NCBI GenBank assembly: GCA_002633005.1
Contig: NMRA01000575.1
Coordinates: 153,325-217,324, forward strand
DNA from: Phoronis australis
Taxonomy: Eukaryota > Animalia > Phoronida
DNA length: 64,000 bases
Direction: 5' to 3'
Positions 12,801-24,800 of this stretch are shown one piece after another. Within the stretch, counting starts at the first letter, position 1. Each line of letters starts with the position of its first letter. Position numbers and translations under genes: made by a program. The notes under the pieces were generated by a model. That model was not told the DNA's origin, made no database searches, and worked only from the letters and a program-made list of their open reading frames with translations.

Positions 12801-15800
12801 TTCTATGGAAGGTAAATTGTGAGCAGCTGGCTCTTAAGACGACCCAGTACCACTTCACATCCTGGCCTGACCACGGAGTGCCCAGCAGCTCTTCAGCTCT
12901 GTGGAAGTTTTACCAAACCGTCAAAGACCACATCCGGGAAAACAATGACGGTGTACCCACCGTGGTGCACTGCAGGTAAGTCAACATGAATTACAACCTT
13001 CCATAAACATATACACTCTAATAAAAACACATTGTATTGTAGTTCACGATGTCATTACAGTCGAGTTGTTACAACACACAAATCCGTCAAAATTATTTTA
13101 ACGGACGAACATCCCTGGTTTTTCTAATATTTCCTTTCTACATGTACATGAACTTACTTTTCAAAGTTGTTGTCCGGTAAAACTTTTCATTTAATCCAAT
13201 TGAATTTTCAATCTTTGCTGTTCCATGAGGCTAGATTCTTGTGAGTTTTGCTAGGTGACGCAAGTATTCGCGAAAGGTGGCAATGCATCATAAGCAAGGC
13301 ACATGATATCAGCAGGTTTCGCTGGTGAGCATCATGCGTTACGGAATAGGCGTATATCGACGCCCAGGTGACAATATATGTCGCATCTGAGATTATTATA
13401 TTGTATATATTTCCTGGTCTTTGTGTTCACTTACTCGTATAACCGCCATCTTCCCGGTTGCTGGCTGGTGAAGGTAATGACGATCAACTCGCAAGTTGTG
13501 TGCTGTGTCAATTCTGCTGCTAATGGGCGTGAAGAGGACGGACATTTCTTTATTGCTGAATGTTAGCTGACTTCTTGTGCCCCGTCTCAGCCAATGAAAA
13601 CTGTCCGATCAACCCTCTATTCGATGATGCCGAAAGTGGTACTGTACGGTATTTTAAATTTCATTTTTCACAATTGCAGTGCTGGCGTGGGTCGAACTGG
13701 CACTTTCATCATGATGGACATTCTGTCCGATCAAGCAGACGCGGAGGGTGCAGTTGACGTTTTAGGCCAACTCGGACAACTTCGCCAGCAGCGAGTCAAC
13801 ATGGTGCAAACGGTGGTATGCATTGTTTGAAATATATGTAAATACATGTATATGTGGACTGCACTTTGGATAATTCAAATTAACGATGCCCAATTGGCGA
13901 CAATGAATCATGGTAAGGACGGTGATAGGAATTTCTGGAGTTTTATGTCAAACAAACTGTCTGAAGTTTTTTGCATGTTTGTATCGAAACGGGTTCTATT
14001 TCTGCTTTGGAAAAAAGATTAAATAGAGAATTGACTCTGTTCTCTGGTGACGTGATACTTTTCCTTTGCTTTCAAAAAGTCACCACATGCCAGAAAAATG
14101 GGTCGAGTTCTTTTTAGCGGCGCCATCTGATTCCAGCTGTGGGAATCTTTTCAAGAGTGAGCAGACATTGAAACAGTAGAGCTGTTTTTAATTTAATGCA
14201 GCCACCTTACACACACATAGATCATTTTAGTGGTTCCTAGGTATTGAGAACGAAGTGCAACTTTTGTTGATTGAGAAAGGTGTGGTTTTTATAATGGCGA
14301 GAACTATATCCGGAAGTGAACTAACTAACTGTATACTTCGAGCAACAGTTTGCGCATCTTGATTTTAAGCACGTCTGTCCCTGTTTTAAGGACCAATACA
14401 AGTTCATCTATACCGCAATGGTAGAAAAGCTACACACGGGCGACACATTCATCCCAACAGCTGAGTTTCAGTCTCGTCTGCAGGAAATCATGTCCAACAA
14501 AACAACTTTGAAGAAAGAGCTCAAAGTGAGTATTTTCTGTATACTGCGGTCCGCGGCACGAAATTTGTGGCAAATGTTTATCTGCTACCTGTCAAACTGT
14601 CAACGAAATGTTACCAGAAAGTCCATCGGAGAGATTTTTATAAATGATAAATGCTTCCGTGGAATTCCTCTTCTTGTTCCCATATGCTAGTTGAACATTT
14701 ACATATATGTAGGATATTAATGACAGTGTTAGTTATGTGTTGGTTGTTGTCGTCGTTGTCGTCGTCGTCATTTGGTCGTCGTTGTTGGAGACATTGTTGT
14801 TCTGCTCGATGAAGTTGACATTCTTACCAGAGGTGGATCCAATCCTAACGGAAGTGATGCTTAGCGCGTAGTACTTAGTAAAGTCAAGTATACTTAATGC
14901 ATTACTTAGTTGTTGTAATTTCGGTCACTGGCTCTCGTCATAGACTCTAAATCGACTGTGCCTGGCTGCAGACGCCGAGGAGTATGCCGCTGGGAAAATG
15001 AAAGAAAACTCTTCCAAGAATAGAGATCCAAACATTCTACCACGTGAGTTTAAAATTTTTATACCTTTTTAGCTACAGCACGAGGAAATTTACCATCCTG
15101 AAGTGAAAACTGTGAAACTCAAAACTGATATTATTGACTAACAAATAGTTAACCCCACTTTATACCTTTATATGTGAACATCGACCGTCAACCCCGTTTT
15201 ATCCATTATTACCTTTAAAGGGTTACATGGCTAAGTTGTGCAAACTCTTGTTCTCACTTATAGTCTTACTTTCGCTCTGAATATGTTCATGGGGAAAATA
15301 AAATCGGTATTCCACCCTGAAACAGCCTTCAAGCTGTCATTATCTAGCGATGTTTCTAACTTTTTCCTTGGCTGAAGCCCAAACAATGCCATATTTGTAT
15401 TACCCAATGTTTTGGTCAGTAATTGTGTGGAGCTTTTTGTTGTCAGCTAAGAATACTTTTTAATATGGCGTTCTGTACATTATTTCAGTTGGGCGATCTC
15501 GTCCTTACTTGATGACGGCGGCTGACGATGGAGGAAATGACTACATAAATGCAGTCTTCGTGAACGTGAGTGAAACTAATGCTGCAGTCATTCTCCCGTC
15601 AAAAATCATAACGTGTCACAAAGGATCATTTCGGAACCGAGATTTTTCTATACTTTGTCAGTTACATCCCACTAGCATGTCCAAAATTCCTTTTCACCAG
15701 AGCAAGGGCCATGATGAAGACACTTTGATACTTACACTAACAATGGTATTCATTTGTGTAGATAAATTGGATATAACTGCAAGTATTGCTTTTTTAATTT

Positions 15801-18800
15801 CACATGTTGGTTGCAGCTTCGTTTTTCTGATTTACTGTTCCTTCATACATGCGTGACAAGATCTATCAATCGTAAGTTCAACACCTTCGAAGGTTTACGT
15901 ATTCAGCAACTGACCGATCGTAGAAATAGACAGCAGTGAAACGCGTGTAGTCAACATAAATGTATTGATCCCTTGTTCCCGCCTCTTTATTTAAAACTCA
16001 GTTGCTTTGTGTAATTGCCGTAGATGTTACCCTTGCCTTTGTCTCTATCAGATTTGAATTTATACTCGACACGTGGTTATTCGTTCCTGCTTCAATATCA
16101 CTTTAATGTCCTCCTTGATAATGAAAAACGCAAAATCGAAGATCTGGAATTAATACGTTTGTGTTGGCTTTTGTTGACTGCATTATACGATCCGACAGTT
16201 GCTCAGAGGCTTGATTTCGACAACTTGAACGCAACAAACGCAGTATTCATTTGCGTATATAAAAGGTTGGCGGGGGTTCAAGGAGGCCATGCCGCCCACC
16301 TAAAATTCTCCCAGATTCCATTTGGTATTTCGGGGTGAAAATTGGTGAATGACATATGCGCGCACTTAGGGGAACTCGGGGGCGATTGCATATTGCATAG
16401 CCCTGAAGAAGCCCTGTTTAGCGTTTTTTTTTTAGTAATAAGGTCCACAAACCCAAAAGTTCAAGACCCCCTACATCCTTACGTTTTAGGCTGGGTGCGC
16501 GTATGTTGCGAAATTCAGGTTATTCCTGTGCCCTGCCCTCCTTAACTCAAAATCCTGGATCCGCACATGGTATTGCAGGGCACGCAATGTGTTTACATAT
16601 TTAAGCAAGTCCCCCATTCGACCACAGATGTTTGAGATGAACGTGACCAGCAGTATTTCTTGGTGATTTTGTTAGTTTGTTTGTCAATTGCCAATAGTTG
16701 GAAGTATTTCGCGTTCATAATTTGTCAAATATTTATTTTTATTTCAAACCTTGAGGTGAGTACCGTCGTGTTTTCGACAATTTCAACCGATTCGAGCTAG
16801 TGGGGCAAGGTTTCAGAAAAGCGTCTATCCATTGTTATCGCTTGGTCATATCGCTGTGTCATAGAACTGTACGCTTTCAGGGATATAATCAACGCGATGC
16901 ATTCATCGTCACACAGAGTCCGTTACCCAACACCGTTGGTGATTTTTGGAGGATGGTTCATGATCACGATTGCCATGTGATCGTCATGCTGAGTGATGCG
17001 AACCAAAATGATGACGTAAGTTTCCCGCGTGCTGTCGATTGAGTTTCGAAGGTTCCCTACAAGCCTAGCCAGCACGCAGGCACCAAGCAATGACACGCGC
17101 TTTAGCATTGGTTGATGTAACCTCAGCAGTAATTGGTTAGTCTTACAACACCGTGAAAAAATGGCGCACTGTGTACGATCTTGTTTAGTGGCGTCGCAGC
17201 AAGCATTTCGTCTCTGCAGTAGTGCTTAATAGCCGGCGTACTTGAAGCACATACATGTACAAGAAACGCATGTCTGGCCGATTTAACCGGTGTGTTAGTC
17301 ACACTGTATGAATACAGGACAGTATCACAAACAAAAGTCGTCGACAATAGAAAATGCACTCCAAAAGGGCGCAACCACCATTTCTAGGTGTCACATTTCT
17401 TGAACATAAATTTTAAGCACCTATTTGCCTGTACAACAGACCACATTACACTTGCTCCATCAGTCAGGCCAGTTTGTTTGCTTAAAGCGCGCCTGCCTGT
17501 TGAGAATTCGACTAGCCAATCGGAAACACCGATGTACATGTTAACACATTTCTCGAGGAAAATTAAGTGGTATCTGCGTGCTGGCTACTGACCACCTAGA
17601 GGCAAGCAGGGAACCAGCAAGTCGATTGAGTGTGTTCGCCGTTGTCTCGTTATAAAGATTTCCGTTTGCTTAACACTGTACTGATTTTCCAAAACAATAT
17701 TGCCAGGCACTTGACTTTCAATAGAGTGTGTAAATTAAAAAATCTCCATACTGTTATCTCTGTAAACTAAGGTCTGAAGTATCGTCACTACCCTGAGGTC
17801 GTTGGTGGAAAGGGCACAACTATGCTTAACTATGGAGCTTCTGAATGAATTCTTTTTTGTAGAACCAAGGTATTTGATCTCCACACTTCAAATATACTGT
17901 GGGTATTCCTTACTGATAACCCTCTATCCCCAATACGGCTCCTCACCTTAATGTATTCATTTTCATGTAGGCAGTAGAAAAAGGCTCAAATTTGACGAAG
18001 TTCAAAACATCTTGTCTCGGAAATGACCGATCGGATTCATATGTTTGATGCACTGACACATTTTTAGGAATTGTTTTTAAAACGTTGCACTCATGCATGT
18101 GCTGTCGTGATTTTGTGAACATAACAGTTGAAAAAAACGAAAATGAAATGATATTGTAAAAATTGTTGCAAATCGTCAGAGAGTTTGTTTGATAATATAC
18201 ATGTATATTAAATGAATTTTGGTCTGTTCTTGAACCTTTATTTTGTGCTCAATATTACTATAAGGACATGGTCACATGATCCCATTAGTGACATATTGGT
18301 CTCAAGTTAAAATTAAAGTCTACATGTACTGCTTTTCAACCAGGAAAACAACAACAAATGTGTCACCTGGAGTAAATTTTGCATGTTAAAAACTGCAAAA
18401 TTGAAGAATGTATACTGCAGTTTAAAATAACATGAAATCTAACTATCGCAGAGTTAAGTTTAGGCCTACTTAGGGCGTTGTTTGCCGACGATAGGGAGGG
18501 CAAATGTCAGGATAGAAGAAACACGAAATAGCACAAGCGTGAACGAAATCGCAAAACGTCTACTGCAAGGGGCACACTACATGTTTCTTAGTGTCAGAAA
18601 ATATTTACTTAAACATAGCCAATTTCCTTAGTTTTGTAACTTATTAGGTGAGTGCACAAACTTGTCTCGAAGGTCCTTCATAACCTTAATTTACTATACT
18701 CGATCTCACTCTAAGCAAACTAAAGAGTCCCTGGATAGTATGACTCATGTTACTGGTAACCCACTGTTTTAGACTTGTCCTCAATACTGGCCGGATGAAG

Positions 18801-21800
18801 AGTCTGTGCGCTTTGGACGGTATGAAGTGGAATGCGTTGGGTCAAGATATCACCATGGCGACGTTATCAAGCAGCGAACTCTGGTTTTGACTGACACAAG
18901 GAGGGTAATTGTATTGGTTATTTTACATTGTTCATGTTGTCTTGATCAATCTGCGATCGCAATGGTATCCTACATGTACATTTGATTTTAGACGTGTGCA
19001 GCATTTCTCGTTTTTGCGTCAACCACAGTGTACACAAATATTATGCGCTGTTGAAGCAATGAATGTATTTTCACAACTGGATCACCATGAACAGTAGATC
19101 TTATGTTTGTGATAATGAAGAATACGTATGCCGTCTTGCTTATTTCTTGCAGCCGAACAGCAAAGGTCGGGAAATCACACATTTCCAAGTAAGAGACTGG
19201 CCAAACAAACTGGCTGTGCCACCAGCGAACTTACAAATTGCGCTTATTGAACTTATTGAAATTGTGGAGCTGGCGCAGCAACAAACTGGGAAGAACGCAG
19301 CTGTAATACATTGTTTGTGAGTGCATATAGCAAGTTTTATGTTCATAAACGAATCATGTTAAATGTAAGAATGCCTGCACTTGAATGACTGGGGGAAGAC
19401 AATCAAGTACAGCTATTGTATTAATGTCTCGTCTGTCGCTTTACCAATAGCAAAACTATAGCAGCCCCGTAGAAACTCACCCTACAGTGCCATCGGAGTT
19501 TCCACTATTGCTACAGGTTAGGCTAAACGTCATAGGACCTAGATGCTTCGCACCCTCTACTGAATTCCTGTGTTGCATGTCGCTACCCTTGAAGACTTTT
19601 CCCATCGGAATGGAATTCACCTCTTTGCTTTAGATTCCACTTATTTTGAAAGAAGTTTTAAGGTGGCTGTTTAAAGGAGAAGGTAACCTTTGTTCATGTC
19701 ATTTTTAGTAAAATTACGGTTTGTTGACTTAAACATGTTTTTTCAGTTAATTATGACGAACCGTATTTCTATTAATTAGTCGTGCCCTACTCTGGAAGTG
19801 ACGTTTAGGGGGTTAAAAATGTATCGCCATTGTGTTTTCGTGTGAGCTTTGGAGTCACTCATTGTTTTACCTCGACTGTGATAGGTTCGGACAGCGTTTG
19901 GTTTTGTTTACGAGGTAGTCGACATGCCACAATGTTGCTGCGTGTCGTGGTGTACTCATTATCGTCTCACTCGCACTCTGAGTATGTCATTATATTATAA
20001 CGCTTTCTGAAAGATGACAAGATCCGCCGTACATGGCTCGTTCGTGTGAGGAACGCAACGTTACCCGCCCAGGCAACGTACAAAGCAGTGGAGAATTAAC
20101 GAGTGCGTGGCAAGCGTTTTCTGCAGAGGGGTTACTAAGGAGATATGTACCTGGAATTAATTAAGGTTATTGCAGAATAACGCCTGAACAAGGGTGCCAT
20201 ACCGTCAATGTTTAATCGCAGTAGTGCCTCCTCCGAGAAGTGTATTTTTGAAGAGAGAAGCCTCACGAGATGTGGCCTTCACAGTTACCGGAAGCCCTTC
20301 ATCTACTGTCACCCGTCCCTCAGAAGGTACCCCCCAGTGCGTGCAATTCCGGGAAACTGGCAGTGATTCGCCGTGTTCTGGTGTTGTCTCCAGTCCAGAG
20401 GCTGTAAGCAGCCTTGTAGCGACTTTTAGTAGTTGGAGTGAATACAGGCCCAGCTCGACACCAATTGAGGAGGACAGATCGTCGTCCAGTGAAGAGGCCG
20501 GTGAACTAAACTTTGCGAAGTTTATTGTTGACTTGACTAATGTATTAGACCTATTTAGAAGCTGCCAGGTGTGTGGTGAGGGAGTCTCACGGCGGGATGT
20601 AAGCGGTTTGGGTGCCCAGGTCACCATTCAGTAGAAACAACGTAGGCATTTAAGAGTGACTCCATATAAAAACCAACAGGTAGAGTCTATACCCAAAATC
20701 AGCGATTTTTTTGAAACTTAGCACATGAGTTTGGTTTGTTGAAATGTAGAAAAACCTCATTTTCTAAGAATTTTATTCATTATTTTTCTTTTTATGACCT
20801 GTACCTCCATTTTGCAACAAAATTGGGCGTCCAAGTAGATGTGTTTGAATGCATTTCACTAGCATGTGTGGTAAGGTCAAAACAAATGAATAATACGAAT
20901 TTAAAGGGTGGTTGCTGAATAATTTAATGGTATAACTTTTAAAATCCATTTTTAGATTTGTACGTTTTCAATTTGTGAGGCAAAAATGGCTATTTTTCAG
21001 GTTTTCACCGAAGCCATTTTCGGCCAAATTTGGTACTCTGTAGCAGCCATAACGCACCTTTCCTGAAATTGACTTTATAATAATTTGTTTATTCATACCT
21101 AACCTGTTTATAATCTAAAATAAAAAAATCTTGCCTCTAATGTAGTTTTTGCGTACGAAGCATTACACGAACTGCACTTCGTCCTTTTGCATGTTCTCAG
21201 TTGCCTCTGCTGCCACTAGGGGGCTCTTGGAATATATAATTAACTTGCGAAACACGACATAAACACCTTGTATTTTGGAGAAAAGGCAGACAGCATTATC
21301 AATTACCATTCTCTGAAAACGGCATTGATAATTATTGCTTATTACAAAAATATGTAACGTAAATCAACTGGCATGCGTGGTTCAAAATGATAGATGGCGC
21401 TGCTTTTGTTTACGTGGAGACTGAAGACGCATCTAGAATAAGAGCAGTAACACGAGGACCTTGCAATAATTCAAGACTTTGCGAGATATTGCCCTGCATT
21501 TTAAATGAGAACACGTGGTTTTGAATAAATTTTAGAGAGGTTCTAGAGTTACTGAACTCACCCCTGCCTTGTTTTCTATATGGCCCCCTAGTGTTCAGTG
21601 TAAAAAATCACCCAACTTGTCAATAGTCTTTGTAACTTTGGGTTCATATTGTAATTTCCCTGCTGGTTGCTACAAATTTTAGTCGCCACCAGTCGCCAGA
21701 AATCTGGTGTTCCCCCCACACCCGGGCACCCTAACGCTGAATATTTCTGCCAATGTGATCATCAGTGGTATAAAAAGGTACACATTCACGGTCAATAGAA

Positions 21801-24800
21801 AATATTTCACGAGAGACAATTTTATTAATGGTTCATTCATGACAGACATGAAGTAAACAGAAGTAACGGTCTCGACTTCATATAACACACATCTTTGACT
21901 GGTATGCTAAAAAACTAGGCTAAACGTTGAGCTCATTTACATGTAGCACTTCATTCAGTAAATCTGACGACATAACAGCATCTTCAGCAGAAATAGCATC
22001 GTCATAAACATTGCTTCAGACAACCTCGAAAAATTCCACCAACCTGCGATTCACTTAATATCGCAGGTAAACACTTTCCCAGTGGGTTCTCGTAAAGTTT
22101 TCTCCATTTTGGCACTTCCGAGAGTGAACGATTTACCTGACATACATGTATCTCCTTCATCGAATATATTCGTCAGAAAGTTCTTAACCTTTGCTGAAAA
22201 TCTTGTTGACCTTTTACCTTTTTTTCAATGCCTTACCTATTGCTTCAGCATTCGTCTCATCCAAATAGTACTCTGAGGCTGCCTCAAATGACGCTCCGGT
22301 TCTTGCATCTGAAAGCATTTCTGACCACTGTCGTGCGATGTGGTCATACGTGGTTTCCCTTTGTAAATGTTCAGTGTGGTTACCCACATCCAAATGCCTA
22401 GTTCTGCGTCTGTAGCAAAAACTTTCGAGTAACCTTACTGGGTACAAGGGAACTTTTGTTGAGGCTCTTCACTAGATACATTGCCAACCTTAACTCTTGG
22501 TGCTGAAAATCCACCATGTCTAGAGATGTTAGTGTATTTTAGAGAAATAGGTATCCCATTTTCTCAGTATTTGTAAGAACTTACCTTCACCTATATGTAC
22601 ATGGAATGATTTCCACACGCGAATTCCTTGGGTGGAATTGTGGGAATTTGGGAATGTGCTTATACCAGGAGCTGAGTATTTTGGAAAAGACTTTGTTGCA
22701 TTGACTCAACATGCATACACAAAACATCCCTTCACACGGCCACTGGAAAGTAATGCTTCTTTCAAATCCAGAGAGTTTATGATATTGCTACCTTCGGATA
22801 CAAAATACTTTGCATGTTGTTTGAGTGGAGCGATCTTGCGATCACAGAGATCCTTCCCATTCTGACTTTCACTATATCTCGAAACAGAATTGCCGGTCGA
22901 ATTTTACAAGGCTGCTACGTTCATGAGGAGAGGAGCAGAGTGGTAACATCCAGCATTACCTGACTCTTCCATGACTGGTCCTGTTCAGTCAAAAATTCAC
23001 CGACTCTGGGTAGTATGAGTCTGTACTCTGGCACAGGCCTTGCTTTGTGAGGTAGTTTCCTGTATCTCAAATGTTCAGTGGTGTCTTTGACATAACTCAC
23101 TAAAGCACATAGCTTTTGTGATCGGATTTTTTGCAGACTAAACTCTAAAGGAACATGAAGGCCCATCGATATCGTCCGCCATTTTGTCTTTTTAAAATGC
23201 ACTTGTTTCTCTCAAAACCAGTCATTACAAATATCAATTCTGACTCGTTTAATCTTAAAGGCATTTATTTCCGTTTAAAAGTTCTACAGAGTGTTTAAAT
23301 TAACCTGATAATGTAAAAGAAATGAAAGAATACAAGAGGGTTACACGTACATTTTTATATATACTCAAGCTTAACCTCAGCTGACTCCCTCAGTGGGCAA
23401 AGGTCATCTGGTTCAGTTTTGATACTAGTCGCGTAATAAACCCGGAAAACATTTTGTTTTCATTTGAAAGAGTTGAGAGTTGGTTTCTATAACTATTTAA
23501 AGCAGACTTCTTGCCTTAAAGTTTGTTCAAATGGTCTGTAAACTCTTCTCGTCATTTCCAAACTATGAAAATAGACAGTTTTGCAAGACAATTTTCACTA
23601 AAGTGCAAAGTTGAGGCAAGATTTTTTAATGCTCAGTCATCAAGACTAACTCTTTAACTGTATGTTCAAAACGTCACATAAGGCTACAAGGTGTTTTATG
23701 GCAGTAAGAAGGTCACAAACATGGCCACTAAAATTAGCCTTAAAAAGTGGTCAGTGGATTATCTCCCCAGTCTAGCACAAAACCGTCGGATTTTAATAAA
23801 TGGCATAGAATTATGCACAGTATACGTTGGTTATATTAGCGACCAAAATATAGCTTTTGATCTATTTTGTATGTTACTCATATTTGTTGCTGAAAATATG
23901 CAATTTTTGAGACGGCTGCTATGCTCAATTGTACTAATTTGTGTTATCATGCTCCAGCGGCGAAATTAGGGGTCATTGAGTGCACAAAATTTGGCAATTG
24001 GGTTTATGTTAGAATACCCACCCATGTAAAAGAATGAAGTTGTTTTAAATTTTGACGTATAGACTGATTTTTGAAAATCTACTGGTTTTTATATGGACTG
24101 TCTCTTAAGTGAGGTCGGCATAACAGTGCACACAGTGCAGTTACACCAAGACGTCCCACCACGTTTGTCCTCTCTATGTGTTTCATCCCTCTCAACAACA
24201 GCCTTGTGCGTATTCGGCTTTACTATACTCGGGCTCAAACATATATCCATCCACTCACTTTGTGAAAAAATTCCTCATCACCACTGCTATGAACAATGTC
24301 TCCGTCACTCACGTCACTGTGTCAGTAATATGAGTCGTCGATTCCAGTCATTTTCAAGCTACTAAATACTAAACGATCCCTAAGTCCAACGTAACTGAGT
24401 CCTCTAACGACATGGCTTGTCTTAGAATACATGTACTCGTTGATGGAAAGGTGTGACAACAATTTTAGGAAAGCAGTTCGGAAATAACAGTAGAACAGAT
24501 ACTCACAGTAAATTCAAATGTAGGAGCAAAATGGCGGGAAAATTCATAACCACTGAACGTCACTTCCGGAGTAAGGCACGACTAATTAATAAAATTATCG
24601 GAAGCCGTAATAAATTGAGAATTTTGTCTGGGATGATCAACGAACCGTATTGTTACTAAAATGACATGGAAAGTTTGCCTTCTCCTTTAAGGTTATCTCA
24701 AACCTTATTCACAAAAAATGACCATCTTTACAATATTTCACATGTGTCTAGAAACATACCTTATCTTCATTCTCGGGGAGCTAGAAAAACAAAAGATTTA

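Noticed and set aside
20205-20627. 140-aa minus-strand ORF
   Set aside because: Antisense shadow of the Kolobok transposase remnant
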